Assembly: GCA_023954355.1 (NCBI GenBank) | Contig: JAMLID010000003.1 | Coordinates: 21,270-85,269 of the forward strand | DNA length: 64,000 nt | Source of the DNA: Oligoflexia bacterium | Lineage (GTDB): Bacteria; Bdellovibrionota; UBA1018; CAIPTA01 | Reading direction: 5' to 3' | In this document: piece after piece, positions 1 through 10,701 of the stretch | How the letters are laid out: each line of letters opens with the position of its first letter | How positions within the stretch are numbered: position 1 is the first letter of the stretch | Translations under genes and position numbers: made by a program | The notes under the pieces: model-generated | What the model was told of the DNA's origin: nothing | Databases searched by the model: none | What the model saw: the letters and a program-made list of their open reading frames with translations, nothing else

Positions 1-1106
1 TGTAGAGCAACCGCTTGCGGGCCCTTACCTGAAGCCACTATCAATCCACGACCTCTATACCGAACAAGGTCTTTTGCTACCTCTGTAATAATCTCAGCAG
101 CAACGCCTGTTTTTTGCTGAATATTCGCAGGAGAATATTCTGATAAGCCTGGAGTACCTTGACCTATAATTCGTCCCACTTCAAACGCAATAGATAAAGC
201 AATCAATAGTTGGTCAGCAGGATGAATCGCAACTCTTCGGTCTGCATTCTGCCCAGTTAAACGCATCATGCTTTCAAAGACGACCAATTTCGACATTGAA
301 ACTCTATTGCCAGAAAGTCTTCTCTTTTCAGAGAATCCTTTTTCATACTCTACAGTAGATCCCCAATTATCTAAAAAATCAGCATCGATTGAAACAATAT
401 AATCTGCTCGATCAAAACGATAACGAGGCATCACGCGCTCACCATAGCTTTGCGCTTGTCCCTCTAAAACATCATCCATTGGCAAAGAGTCAATCATCAC
501 GTGACGATAACCCAAACGATCAATCACTGATTGTAAAGTTGGACTCAAAATAGAACTTGTTAAAATCCAAACCCCATCTTTAGTAGCAAGAGCTTGAGCC
601 GCAGCCTTATCAATATCTTCCCAGCTTGCATCTGCTCCCGCAATTTGCGGATTTCGCAAACGGTCTGGATCATACAAGTCATGAATAGAAGCTTGGTCTC
701 TAGCCGAAATCGCTCCACGATTTACTGGATGATCTGTATTCCCATCTACCTTAATAGGACGACCTTCTCTAGTGGTCACTAAAAGACCGTAACCAGTTAA
801 GGGATCAGCTGATGCATAGAAATTTGGTTTTCCAGGAATAATTTCTTCTGGATTATTCACGTAAGGAACAATTTTTTGCACTGGCCGTCTAGTACAACCC
901 GCAAGACTTGCCATTAAAGCCGAGGCACCCATGATTTTCATAAAATCACGACGGTCTAAACCAGAAGATTCTTCACCTTCTCGGATGGGAGTTGAAATAA
1001 ATTCGCCAGGAAGATTTTTTTCAAAAACCTCAGGAGCTCGAGACTCTTCTACACTCATCCAAAATCGTTTTGCTTGCGTGCTGGATTCTATTTGATCTTT
1101 TTTCAT
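1..1106 (-). CDS. actB: Alternative complex III subunit B (TAT-translocated molybdopterin oxidoreductase-like), 3' end outside window
   Basis: Manual translation from ATG 1106: MKKDQIESSTQAKRFWMSVEE...GLDRRDFMKIMGASALMASLAGCTRRPVQKIVPYVNNPEEIIPGKPNFYAS; twin-arginine motif and the typical ActB N-terminus; directly downstream of the multiheme cytochrome. Confidence 0.9.
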   Translation of the reverse strand, partial: MKKDQIESSTQAKRFWMSVEESRAPEVFEKNLPGEFISTPIREGEESSGLDRRDFMKIMGASALMASLAGCTRRPVQKIVPYVNNPEEIIPGKPNFYASADPLTGYGLLVTTREGRPIKVDGNTDHPVNRGAISARDQASIHDLYDPDRLRNPQIAGADASWEDIDKAAAQALATKDGVWILTSSILSPTLQSVIDRLGYRHVMIDSLPMDDVLEGQAQSYGERVMPRYRFDRADYIVSIDADFLDNWGSTVEYEKGFSEKRRLSGNRVSMSKLVVFESMMRLTGQNADRRVAIHPADQLLIALSIAFEVGRIIGQGTPGLSEYSPANIQQKTGVAAEIITEVAKDLVRYRGRGLIVASGKGPQAVAL

Positions 1107-1116
1107 TGCCTAACCT

Positions 1117-1663
1117 CTAACGATGACAAGTATTACAATTCAACGGCGCTTGGTTCTCTGGCTGTCTGTGACAGTTAATACACCAACCCATAGTAAAGGG
1201 GCTCACTTGCTCCACTTTTTCCATTGCGGCTACGTTGCCATGGCAAGTGTCACAACTAATACCTCTTTGAATATGTCGCTCATGATTAAAATACACAAAA
1301 TCGGGTAATACATGTACGTTCACCCACTGTATAGGCTGATTATTATTATAAGCTTCTGTTAACTTCTGAATCCAAGGCGAGTCTGTTTTCACTACACGGT
1401 GACAGTTCATGCATACAGCCGTACTTGGTACGTTCGCATGAGGACTCTTATCAACATTTGAGACAGATTGCTGATTGAATTTTCTAATCTTTATGCAAAG
1501 TGATGACTGAAGGGAATCGGCTGAGATACGCATACCCCACACCTCTTCCAGGCATCAAGAAAATACCGAAACCAACAATCGTTAGAATCGATACAATAAA
1601 ACTTATGATAATGATTTTCTTCTCATTGTGATGCGAATTCATTCCACCCGACATTACGCCCAT
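1117..1663 (-). pseudogene. actA: ACIII pentaheme cytochrome c (ActA-like), frameshifted/garbled at ~1462-1530, probably a sequencing error
   Basis: N-terminal TM (KKIIIISFIVSILTIVGFGIF..GVGYA) in one frame, SQPIPFSHH in a second, SNVDKSPHANVP..CMNCH..CDTCH..CINCH..CNTCH in a third; first CxxCH unreadable. Confidence 0.8.
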
Positions 1664-1780
1664 CCCAAAATAATTATTTAAGTGCCCTAGTACTATAACC
1701 AGGAATTTACAATTTTCCTATATCCGATTTTGTTTGTTTTCATTTGCTCACAAAAAAAAGCTCTGTTAGATCAAAAGCAA

Positions 1781-2074
1781 ATGATCGAAAACACAAAAAC
1801 CTATAAAGGAAAAACAGAAAGCGCGTCAAAACAATCTGCCTCCGCTTCTGAAATGCCTCAGCAAAAAACAACAGAAGGGATTGAAGCAGACTCTAACGCT
1901 ACTCATCTACCGAAGATGAGCCGCAGAGAATGGTTTAGCGCCCTTCGTCCTGCACTAGGAGATGGTCTCGTTAAATTAATACGCACGAGTAATAATTTGC
2001 AACGCGAAATCAACGAAGAGCTTCACGAACAAATTCGCGCAAGCACTCTACCCAAAAAACAAGATTCAAAATAG
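1781..2074 (+). CDS. Hypothetical protein
   Basis: Fills the gap between actA and ccsA; ATG 1781 preferred over TTG 1730; internal SRREWF motif. Confidence 0.55.
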   Translation: MIENTKTYKGKTESASKQSASASEMPQQKTTEGIEADSNATHLPKMSRREWFSALRPALGDGLVKLIRTSNNLQREINEELHEQIRASTLPKKQDSK

Positions 2075-2076
2075 CG

Positions 2077-3735
2077 TCAGCTTTTTGCCGATTTCTTTTT
2101 TTGATAAATAGCCCAAGCAATCACTAATAATTGTAAGCTGCAATATGTCGCCACATAACTTACTCCACCGGTTGAGAAGCCATAACTGTGTTTTCCTTGG
2201 CCCAAAACAAAGTTCACTCCATACCACGCCATAAGCACACCCATAAATGCTACAACGCATCCAGCAAGAAAACCAAAGTGCCCAACTAGACCTCGAAACC
2301 TTGCATGAATCAAAGCAAGATATCCCAATAAAGCAATTAATGCCCAAGTCTCTTTTGGATCCCAACCCCAAAATCTTCCCCAAGAATAATCTGCCCATAC
2401 TCCACCAAGAATCGTACCTGCGGCTAATAGAATGACGCCTACCTGCACCGCTCGATAAGAAAAAAAGGCTAAGTCACGAAATCCCATATGTTTAGATTCT
2501 TTTCCTGTAAATAGATAGGGGATCAACCCCATGTTTCCGTAAACTAAAGAAAGCGCAAAAGCGGCGTATCCAAGAGTGATTGTTAAAACATGCACAGTTA
2601 ACCACATATTACTACGCAACACTGACTCTAATGGATGAATCCCATCATCCATTACAGATCCCACATTGTCTGAAATGATCAACGAGATGACTGCAAAAAT
2701 TAGCGAGGCTAGTGCTATCAATTTCTTTTTATAGATAAGCTCAAAAATTAAACCAAACAACATACTTCCAAAAGCCACGAAGATGATAGACTCATACATA
2801 TTCGACACTGGCGGTCTGCCGGCGATCCAGCAACGTAGAAAAAAACCGTAGGTCTGTATAAAAAAACTAACGAGAAAAAAAGCCATTCCAAATTTATAAA
2901 AACTTGGACGGCCGTATATTGAAAAACCAATAAAAATAGAAGCTACAAGAGCTAATATCCATGCCACTCGAAACGGACGAAGAGCATTAAAGTGCACTTC
3001 TAATTTCATGTCAAAATCAGAAGGATAAAGATTAGGATTATTTTGCCGAGCTAGATCCTTAAACTTTGTAATATACTCTGCTAACTTTTCTCTCGTCTCT
3101 TGCTTGTCTGAGGTGAAACCAGCCGGTAAAAGAGCAAACCTAAGCTTTTGTTCATCAGTGAACTGCGAAAAACTTAGCCAAGTATCTGATTCCATCGCCT
3201 GAGAAGGGTTTGGTGGAATCACTCGAATCGCACCACCACTCACTAATTGTTGTAAAAAGGCCATTTGATTTGCCAAGCGCAATACTGCCTGAAAATAAGG
3301 GTCTAACTTTTCTTCTGCCCTTTGCTTTGCATCTAACTCTTGAAAGAGTGGCATCATTCTTGGAGCGTGCATAAGCTCTTTAGGTGAATACAACTGCCTT
3401 GTTTGGTCTAAGGCTAAATCTTTTCTAAGCTCTTGGTGTGAAATTTGTATAAATTGGATTTCTTGCCAAACTTGCGGTTCAAATAAAATAGAAAGCACAA
3501 GTTCATAACTTTCTTTTCCTCGAAATTTCTCTTTTCCTACAAATAGATCAAAAGCTTCTCTTGAAAACGTATCAAAGGGCTTTAAGCGACCAGCAGATTG
3601 AATCGGAAGCGCTTTAATTTCTGAAACCCAATCTGTTTTAGACCATGTACGCATGAATGGATCAGGCTGATTAGCAAATGCCCAAATAGGGATCATGAAA
3701 GTTACCGCCAAGAATCCCCAAATTAACTTATGCAT
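2077..3735 (-). CDS. ccsA: Cytochrome c biogenesis protein CcsA/ResC (system II)
   Basis: WGRFWGWDPKETWALI (WWD) motif, GRPPVSNMYES, multiple TM helices. Confidence 0.93.
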   Translation of the reverse strand: MHKLIWGFLAVTFMIPIWAFANQPDPFMRTWSKTDWVSEIKALPIQSAGRLKPFDTFSREAFDLFVGKEKFRGKESYELVLSILFEPQVWQEIQFIQISHQELRKDLALDQTRQLYSPKELMHAPRMMPLFQELDAKQRAEEKLDPYFQAVLRLANQMAFLQQLVSGGAIRVIPPNPSQAMESDTWLSFSQFTDEQKLRFALLPAGFTSDKQETREKLAEYITKFKDLARQNNPNLYPSDFDMKLEVHFNALRPFRVAWILALVASIFIGFSIYGRPSFYKFGMAFFLVSFFIQTYGFFLRCWIAGRPPVSNMYESIIFVAFGSMLFGLIFELIYKKKLIALASLIFAVISLIISDNVGSVMDDGIHPLESVLRSNMWLTVHVLTITLGYAAFALSLVYGNMGLIPYLFTGKESKHMGFRDLAFFSYRAVQVGVILLAAGTILGGVWADYSWGRFWGWDPKETWALIALLGYLALIHARFRGLVGHFGFLAGCVVAFMGVLMAWYGVNFVLGQGKHSYGFSTGGVSYVATYCSLQLLVIAWAIYQKKKSAKS

Positions 3736-5161
3736 GATTCTCTCCCTTATCTTTTTTCATGAAGATCTTAGATCTACCAGAATATACTGGCTTGAAATAA
3801 AACATAGATATGATTCCAAAAACAATCATTAGCGAGCCGAAGTATTTAATTACTCTACCAGGATCATAGTTCACAGATAAAACAGAAACGATTGGCTTAC
3901 CTTCTTCATCTGTCTCGTAACTTGCTTGATAAAAAGTAAACCCATTATAATGTAAAGGCTCATTCATAGAAATAAGGTGTGTTTTATCTAAAACACTCAC
4001 TTGGCTGGTATAGGTTTTCGCTTTATTGGTTCCTGGATAATAACCTATATCAAAACGATTAAGCTTAAGATCAAAACCTAAATCGACTCTCTTTTTTGTG
4101 AATTGAATATAGTAAAGTGAATCTCCACTAGACACTTGCGCCGAAGCTCCAAGCTCTAACCATACTTTCTCTTGACCCAACTCTAACTCTAAGGCTTCTA
4201 TCGGCTGTGCGCCGGGGGGGGCTTTTTCAACAGAATAATAGTCAGCCACGGGAATCGCCGATGGGCGATAATCTTCTACAACTAATCCAAAATCCATCCA
4301 ACCTAAGGGACGTAACTTTCCAAGCACAACTGTACCCATGTCTGTTTGTCTGCCATCTTTATTGGTGACTACGATTCCTAAATCTTTTTGATTTTTTGGA
4401 TAGATAAAAAGCGTTGGCTTATCCATCCCCTCTTCTTTAGTAGGTTTATTTTTTTGAAAGCGAATTCTTGCAGGCCCAATCTCACGATTCGTACCTTTTA
4501 ACTCTTGAAGAAACATCCAATCCGAAAAGTTAGCTCTGCTACCTTCAAGACGAAGCTTTATGGCTGATGCGCCCTTTCCTACAGCCACGTCTTCTGCACG
4601 AACCACGCGCTCGGCGATTGGGTAATAGCGTAAAATTTTTGCTTCAGGCAATGCTTCTTTTGTTGTCGGAGACTCTAAAGAAAGTTCCAGTGTTTTTTCA
4701 AATTTTGAGCGCAAATCAAAATGCAATGGCTTATCTAATACCAATTCATAATTCGATTGAGGTAACGCACGAAAAATATATAAAACATTTTCTTCAATGC
4801 GAACTTGCTTGGATGTTTCTCCAGGGGCTAGGGCAACGATTCCATCAATACCGTGACGTTGTTGAATCCAAGAACCCAGAAGCAAAACAATGATTCCTAA
4901 ATGTGTAATTAAAAAACCAATGTGATGTCTCTTCCAAGGCAGACGAGACATGGCAGAAGCAGACAAGTTTAAAATAAAAAGCCACAACAAAACTTGCATC
5001 CACCAAGAGCGGTATACAACTTGAGATGCAACGGCTGCTCCATACTTTGATTCGTAAATAGTTCCCGCTGCCAGTGCTATGGCTAAAATGATAATATTGA
5101 TTACAGCTAGCTCTAAAGAAGCTAGACCGTTAAATATTTTATTCGCAATTTTCCAAAACAA
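3728..5161 (-). CDS. Cytochrome c biogenesis protein ResB/CcsB-like
   Basis: N-terminal TMs with HLGIIVLLLG, ISMNEPLHYNGFTFYQASY and SVNYDPG motifs; overlaps ccsA start. Confidence 0.85.
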   Translation of the reverse strand: MFWKIANKIFNGLASLELAVINIIILAIALAAGTIYESKYGAAVASQVVYRSWWMQVLLWLFILNLSASAMSRLPWKRHHIGFLITHLGIIVLLLGSWIQQRHGIDGIVALAPGETSKQVRIEENVLYIFRALPQSNYELVLDKPLHFDLRSKFEKTLELSLESPTTKEALPEAKILRYYPIAERVVRAEDVAVGKGASAIKLRLEGSRANFSDWMFLQELKGTNREIGPARIRFQKNKPTKEEGMDKPTLFIYPKNQKDLGIVVTNKDGRQTDMGTVVLGKLRPLGWMDFGLVVEDYRPSAIPVADYYSVEKAPPGAQPIEALELELGQEKVWLELGASAQVSSGDSLYYIQFTKKRVDLGFDLKLNRFDIGYYPGTNKAKTYTSQVSVLDKTHLISMNEPLHYNGFTFYQASYETDEEGKPIVSVLSVNYDPGRVIKYFGSLMIVFGIISMFYFKPVYSGRSKIFMKKDKGENHA

Positions 5162-5235
5162 AGCAAATCCCTCGCACTCAAACTATTAGATAAGTGCTCG
5201 TTTGAAAAGAGATAAGTCTGAGCGCGACATTTTTC

Positions 5236-5595
5236 CTATTTGGTATCTGAAGACTCTTTTGCAGCTTCAGGTGTCGGATTCGCCGCAGCAGGCGCTGCTG
5301 AAGAATCGATAGGAGCAGAGTTTGTTGTTGTAGACTTATGATCATCGAAAATAGATGATTTAATCGACTTTGATTTCACCATGGTCAATCCAATTGAGGT
5401 AATCATGAAAACAATAGCTATACCCATAGTTAGTTGTGTGAAAAAATTGCTACCACCAGAGCTACCAAAAAGGGTATTCGCACCGCCACCGCCGAAGCCA
5501 GCACCTAATCCACCACCTTTACCAGACTGTAGAAGAACGACAACAACCATCATTACAGCTGCAATTACATGAACAATCATCAATAGTGTATACAT
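5236..5595 (-). CDS. secG: Preprotein translocase subunit SecG
   Basis: VLLQSGKGGGLGAGFGGGG..LFGS..FFT motif; follows tpiA. Confidence 0.95.
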   Translation of the reverse strand: MYTLLMIVHVIAAVMMVVVVLLQSGKGGGLGAGFGGGGANTLFGSSGGSNFFTQLTMGIAIVFMITSIGLTMVKSKSIKSSIFDDHKSTTTNSAPIDSSAAPAAANPTPEAAKESSDTK

Positions 5596-5626
5596 AAGCT
5601 AACCTCTCCTAAGAATGCGAAAGCTA

Positions 5627-6385
5627 TCATTGATTTGCAGCTGCGGCAATTGATAAAAACGAACCAACCTCTAAACTTGCACCACCAACTAATGCACCAT
5701 CTACATCGGGCTGAGAAAGAATTTCTTTGGCATTTTCAGGCTTTACGCTTCCACCGTAAAGAATTCGACATTTAGCAGCATTTTCTTTTCCCCAACTAGA
5801 TTCGATGCGCTTACGAATTTGCTGTTGAACCTCTTGTGCTTGTAATGCCGTTGCTGTTTTGCCTGTTCCTATTGCCCAAACTGGCTCATAAGCAATGCTA
5901 AAGCTTGAGCTAGGTTCTTTGACTAAAGAAAAAAGCGGGGCCAACTGCTGATCTATCACTTCCATAGTTCGATTGGCTTCTCGCTCTTCTAAGGTTTCTC
6001 CTACACAAAAAATGGGCTGTAACCCAAAAGTAATTGCCCCCAAAGCGCGCTCAGCAGCTGAGGTATTTGTTTCTCCAAAAAATTGCCTTCTTTCAGAGTG
6101 ACCAATGATAACCATTTCAGAGCCAAATTCTTTTGCCGCTAAGGGAGAGAGCTCACCAGTGAATGCTCCCATTTCTTTATAATGAATGTTTTGGGGGCCC
6201 CAAAAAAAATGATTTTGTTTCGTAGCGGTAAATATTGTCGAGAAAAGCGGAAGATGAACCGCTTGTGGAAAAATAGCTAAATCTACAGAAAGCTGCCCAA
6301 TCTTTTTTTGTATTTCTTCACAAAAAAACCTCACCTCTGAGGCCGATTTATACATTTTCCAATTTCCTGCTATTAGTGGCCGCAT
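5627..6385 (-). CDS. tpiA: Triosephosphate isomerase
   Basis: AGNWKM, GHSERR, AYEPVWAIGTG, YGGSVK. Confidence 0.98.
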   Translation of the reverse strand: MRPLIAGNWKMYKSASEVRFFCEEIQKKIGQLSVDLAIFPQAVHLPLFSTIFTATKQNHFFWGPQNIHYKEMGAFTGELSPLAAKEFGSEMVIIGHSERRQFFGETNTSAAERALGAITFGLQPIFCVGETLEEREANRTMEVIDQQLAPLFSLVKEPSSSFSIAYEPVWAIGTGKTATALQAQEVQQQIRKRIESSWGKENAAKCRILYGGSVKPENAKEILSQPDVDGALVGGASLEVGSFLSIAAAANQ

Positions 6386-7593
6386 TATTTTCCTTTTAAA
6401 ATATCGATTCCTGGAAGACCGCGACCCTCTAAATACTTTAGAGACGCTCCGCCCCCAGTGCTCAAAAGATCAAACCTAGACTCAAGAGAAAAAGAGTGAA
6501 CAGCAGAAAGAGTATCTCCCCCGCCAGCCACTTTGATTCCATCAATTGCACTAATTTCTCTCGCTATTGCCAATGTACCGGCAGAAAATTTTTCTTTTTC
6601 AAAAAAACCCATGGGGCCATTCCAAAAAATGGTTTTTGCCTCACGAATTTTTTCTGAGAAAAGAGCTACTGTCTGTGGTCCAATATCAAGAGCTGCTTGA
6701 TTAGCCGAAATCTCTTTTACTACTTTAGGGTTTGAAAAGTCCGGATCACTTTCAGGCTCTACTACTACATGGTCAATTGGTAAAAACACTTCTACCTTAT
6801 GGCTTTCAGCTTTTTTTAAAATCATTCCAGCGGCGGCTATACCCTCTTCTTCGCACTTAGATTTTCCGATTGTCTTACCTTGCGCAGCTAAAAATGCATA
6901 AGCCATGGCACCGCCGATTACTAGGCGATCTACGAAGTTAAGCATGTTTTCAAGTGCTTTGAGCTTATCTGTCACTTTAGAACCACCGGCAACCAAAACA
7001 TAGGGGTGGTTAGGAGACTCAATCAGTTTATTTAAAAACTTCAGCTCTTTTTGGATTAAAAAACCACAGGCTTTTTCTGTCATTACAGAGGGAACCCCAT
7101 AAGTTGAAGCATGTTTTCTATGAGCGGTACCAAAAGCATCGGTAATATAGATATCCGCTAAATGCGAAAGTTCTCTAGAAAAGTCCGGGTCATTTTTTTC
7201 TTCTTCTTCATGAAAGCGAATATTCTCTAAAAGAATCACTTGATGCTCTTTAGAATGATGAATCATTTGATGAACTCCATCACCAACACTGTCATCAGAT
7301 AATAAAACTTCTACGCCTAAAAGTTCTGCTAACTTTTGCCCAACTAACTCAAGCGAATATTTTTTATTTCTTTTTCCATCCGGGCGCCCAAGATGAGAGC
7401 AGAGAATTAGCTTTGCTCCTTTTTCCAAACAATACTTAATTGTAGGGAGCGCTTCTTGAATGCGAGTATCGTCATCGATTTTTCTTGCTGCCCCTTCACC
7501 AGAAATAGGCACGTTAAGGTCTAGGCGAATAAAAACTTTTTTTCCCTCTAGCTTTACGTCTTCTACCGAACGAATCGTTTTAGAAATACTCAC
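6385..7593 (-). CDS. pgk: Phosphoglycerate kinase
   Basis: RLDLNVP, SHLGRP, DAFGTAHR, WNGPMG, STGGGASL. Confidence 0.98.
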   Translation of the reverse strand: MSISKTIRSVEDVKLEGKKVFIRLDLNVPISGEGAARKIDDDTRIQEALPTIKYCLEKGAKLILCSHLGRPDGKRNKKYSLELVGQKLAELLGVEVLLSDDSVGDGVHQMIHHSKEHQVILLENIRFHEEEEKNDPDFSRELSHLADIYITDAFGTAHRKHASTYGVPSVMTEKACGFLIQKELKFLNKLIESPNHPYVLVAGGSKVTDKLKALENMLNFVDRLVIGGAMAYAFLAAQGKTIGKSKCEEEGIAAAGMILKKAESHKVEVFLPIDHVVVEPESDPDFSNPKVVKEISANQAALDIGPQTVALFSEKIREAKTIFWNGPMGFFEKEKFSAGTLAIAREISAIDGIKVAGGGDTLSAVHSFSLESRFDLLSTGGGASLKYLEGRGLPGIDILKGK

Positions 7594-8585
7594 AGTTTTT
7601 TTCCTATTAATACTGCTAAATCTAATAGTCTCGCAGAATATCCGCTCTCGTTATCGTACCAAGACATTACCTTAATTAAGTTGCCACCACTTACCATTGT
7701 GCTTGGCGCATCAAAACAAGAAGAATGTAAGTCTCCATTATAGTCGCTTGAAACTAATAGCTCTTCGGAATATTTAAGAATGCCTTTTAATGGTCCCTGA
7801 CTTGCTGATTTCATAACAGCATTGATCTCTTCTTTGGTTGTTGATTTTTTCAAACTTGCAGATAAATCTACTAAAGAAACATTAGGCGTAGGAACACGAA
7901 TAGAAACCCCATCTAACTTCCCTTTTAAACCCGGAAGTACTAGACCAATAGCCTTCGCTGCTCCTGTTGAGGTAGGAATCATATTTAAAGCCGCAGCTCT
8001 TGCTCTACGAAGATCTTTGTGAGGTAAATCTAATACTTTTTGGTCATTTGTATAAGAATGAATAGTAGTCATTAAACCTTTTTCAATGCCAAATGTTTCG
8101 TCCAATACTTTTGCAATAGGAGCTAATGCATTCGTTGTACAGCTCGCATTTGATACAATAATATCTTTCGAAGCATCAAATAGGTGATCGTTGATTCCCA
8201 TACAAATTGTAGCATCTGCATCTTTAGAAGGGGCTGAAATCACCACCCGTTTAGCTCCAGCAGAAAGGTGAAGAGCCGCCTTTTCTCTATCAGTAAATGC
8301 TCCAGTACACTCTAGAACCACATCGACACCTAAATCTTTCCATGGCAATGTAGCAGGATCACGACTCTCACAAATATGAATAGACTTACCCTTAATCACT
8401 AATTTGCCACCAGAAATAGAAACATCTTCTTTCCAGGGTCCATGAATTGAATCGTATTTCAATAAATGCGCGTCTGTTTCAACTTCAGATAGAGAGTTAA
8501 TTGCCACGACATCTAAGCCTCTTTCGATTGCTAAGCGCATTGCCTTTCTACCAATTCGACCAAAACCGTTGATTGCAATTTTCAT
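7590..8585 (-). CDS. gap: Glyceraldehyde-3-phosphate dehydrogenase type I
   Basis: INGFGRIGR, SNASCTTN, WYDNE; GGAGG RBS. Confidence 0.98.
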   Translation of the reverse strand: MKIAINGFGRIGRKAMRLAIERGLDVVAINSLSEVETDAHLLKYDSIHGPWKEDVSISGGKLVIKGKSIHICESRDPATLPWKDLGVDVVLECTGAFTDREKAALHLSAGAKRVVISAPSKDADATICMGINDHLFDASKDIIVSNASCTTNALAPIAKVLDETFGIEKGLMTTIHSYTNDQKVLDLPHKDLRRARAAALNMIPTSTGAAKAIGLVLPGLKGKLDGVSIRVPTPNVSLVDLSASLKKSTTKEEINAVMKSASQGPLKGILKYSEELLVSSDYNGDLHSSCFDAPSTMVSGGNLIKVMSWYDNESGYSARLLDLAVLIGKKL

Positions 8586-8774
8586 GAAGCCTCCCTAAGC
8601 ATTTTTTGTGGATAATGCTTTTTAGCTCAATATTTTCAAGCTAGTCAATGAATATGCGACACGTCAAAGCGCTTTCTATTCAAGCATGATCTGGTTCTGC
8701 TAGAATCGGTCGAAAAATTCGCTTTTCTTGCAATCATGCTTATCGATTCGACTTTTGCTTGATAAGGTGGGTCT

Positions 8775-9788
8775 ATGAGTACGACTATCTATTCTCCTTT
8801 TGTTAATGAGCTAAAAGAAAAGATGGAATTTGAAGGGATGTTTCTTGTGAAACTCATCAACCTTCATGCCGATAAAAATGGAAAAGCTTATTTAAACCTT
8901 ATTCTAAAAGACAAAACAGGAGAAGTAGAGTCTCGTGTTTGGGGAGACCAAGCCAACACCCTATATGAATCTATAAAAGCTCAAGATATAGTTAGAGTTG
9001 CTGGCAGAGTAAATTTATACCAAGGACGCAAGCAAGTAGTTGTAGATATCGCTTCAAAAGTGGCTGAAGGGACAATGTCACTAGATCGCTTCATTCCCTC
9101 TACGGCATACAATATCAATCTTTTGTATAAAGAATTGCTCGAACTATTTGAAACCCTTGAAAACCCCTATTTACGCTCATTGGCAACAAAAACACTTCAA
9201 GACGAAGAGGTAAAAGCGAAAATTATCCGCGTGCCCGCAGCAAAATCAGTACACCATGCATTTGCCGGCGGACTTTTAGAGCACACATTGAGTGTATGCC
9301 GCATCTTAGATTTACTGAGTCTGCACTATAAGCATTATTATAATTCCTCTATTAATAGAGACCTTTTGTTGGTTGGAGGATTATTCCACGACATCGGAAA
9401 AATTTTCGAACTCTCAACAGATACAAATACAGAATATACTTTAGAAGGCCAATTGATTGGTCACCATGTTTTAGGTTGTGAGCTAATTGATAGAATTACT
9501 CTCTCTATCGATGGGTTCCCTAAAGAACTCAAAATACAAACAAAACACCTTATTTTAGCTCACCACGGTAAATTAGAATTTGGTAGCCCTAAAGAGCCAC
9601 ATACAATTGAGTCTCTTATTGTGCATTATGTAGATGATTTAGATTCTAAGATTAACACTATACTAACTCACATAATGTCTGATGTTTCTTCTGGACCACT
9701 AACTACCATGTCTAAGCTTTTTGAACGACCTTTTGTGAAGACAAACCCACTGCCTTCTTATTCGGGTACTACCCCAGGCAGAGAATAA
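8775..9788 (+). CDS. yhaM: YhaM/Cbf1-family 3'-5' exoribonuclease (OB + HD domain)
   Basis: OB fold (LKDKTGEVESRVW), HHAFAGGLLEH, HDIGK, HHGKLEFGSP, DDLDSK. Confidence 0.9.
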   Translation: MSTTIYSPFVNELKEKMEFEGMFLVKLINLHADKNGKAYLNLILKDKTGEVESRVWGDQANTLYESIKAQDIVRVAGRVNLYQGRKQVVVDIASKVAEGTMSLDRFIPSTAYNINLLYKELLELFETLENPYLRSLATKTLQDEEVKAKIIRVPAAKSVHHAFAGGLLEHTLSVCRILDLLSLHYKHYYNSSINRDLLLVGGLFHDIGKIFELSTDTNTEYTLEGQLIGHHVLGCELIDRITLSIDGFPKELKIQTKHLILAHHGKLEFGSPKEPHTIESLIVHYVDDLDSKINTILTHIMSDVSSGPLTTMSKLFERPFVKTNPLPSYSGTTPGRE

Positions 9789-9790
9789 AA

Positions 9791-10303
9791 TTAGTTTTCA
9801 TCTTCTTCGTCTAGCTCATCTAAGTCGAAACCTTGTTTTACTAAAAAATCATCTGCGGCTTTTTCTAAAGCCATATTCGTTTTATCAAAACGAATATACA
9901 TCGTTTTCTTTTCCCAACTAAAGCTTTGCCAGCTAGAGCCCTGTGCTTGTATTTCTTTTAATAAAGCATCTAGTCCGCTACCCTTTTCAAATGTTTGTGA
10001 CATCCACGAGGCAACTACATCAACCATAGATTTTAAAATATCCGTTACCGTCTCAGGATTTTCAATATGCTCTTTTTCAATATCAGAAGATACATATATA
10101 GATGCGCCTGCCAAAGATTTTAAATTACAAATAGACAAACAAAACTGAATTTCTTCTGGATAAATTTGCCCGCCACCAATCACTTCAGACTGTTTTAGTT
10201 GTTGCTTAAATTGGTCTACGAATAGTTTTTCTATATTACGCAAAAATTCTTTAGGTAAATCGTTGCCTTTTTTACTAACTTTTTTTCTTGGAAGGTATTT
10301 CAT
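9791..10303 (-). CDS. Hypothetical protein
   Basis: 170-aa ORF with acidic C-terminal tail, convergent with yhaM. Confidence 0.75.
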   Translation of the reverse strand: MKYLPRKKVSKKGNDLPKEFLRNIEKLFVDQFKQQLKQSEVIGGGQIYPEEIQFCLSICNLKSLAGASIYVSSDIEKEHIENPETVTDILKSMVDVVASWMSQTFEKGSGLDALLKEIQAQGSSWQSFSWEKKTMYIRFDKTNMALEKAADDFLVKQGFDLDELDEEDEN

Positions 10304-10341
10304 GGAAACCTCTTAACTCAAAGGATATAATCAGTCAAAGA

Positions 10342-10701
10342 ATGAAATTTGCCGAAAAAAGAAAACACCAAAGAATTGAATTTGAACAATCTGATTTGCG
10401 ATTAAGCATTCAGTTACTTGATTACCCTGAGGATCATTCACCCTCTGGTATTTACCCAAGAAACATCTCTCGTGGAGGGTTAAAAATCCAGATCACAGAA
10501 AAAATTCCTATGGGCTGTAAAGTTGGTGTTGCGCTTTTTTCAATAAACAAAAGCGATTGGATTGCCAAAATAACAGGTAAGGTCGTAAGAACAGAAGAAA
10601 CGCAACAAAAAGACCTATCAAAAATTTATGGAATAGCTGTTCAATTTGATGAAATCCTTGATGATTCTATCATTTCTTCAAACCAAAACTCGCCAGAGTA
10701 A
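10342..10701 (+). CDS. Stand-alone PilZ domain protein
   Basis: RKHQR (RxxxR) and NISRGG (D/NxSxxG) c-di-GMP motifs; ATG 10342 lies 10 nt after TATAAT (10326-10331). Confidence 0.85.
   Translation: MKFAEKRKHQRIEFEQSDLRLSIQLLDYPEDHSPSGIYPRNISRGGLKIQITEKIPMGCKVGVALFSINKSDWIAKITGKVVRTEETQQKDLSKIYGIAVQFDEILDDSIISSNQNSPE

Noticed and set aside
1915-1935. Tat-like SRREWF motif in the small hypothetical protein
   Set aside because: Internal and not followed by a hydrophobic h-region
5162-5235. tRNA-Leu often found after secG
   Set aside because: No cloverleaf or T-loop GTTCGA motif in this 74-bp gap
8658-8667. GACACGTCAA shared with ~39889-39898
   Set aside because: Only 10 bp in two copies; could be chance or a -35 box, insufficient support
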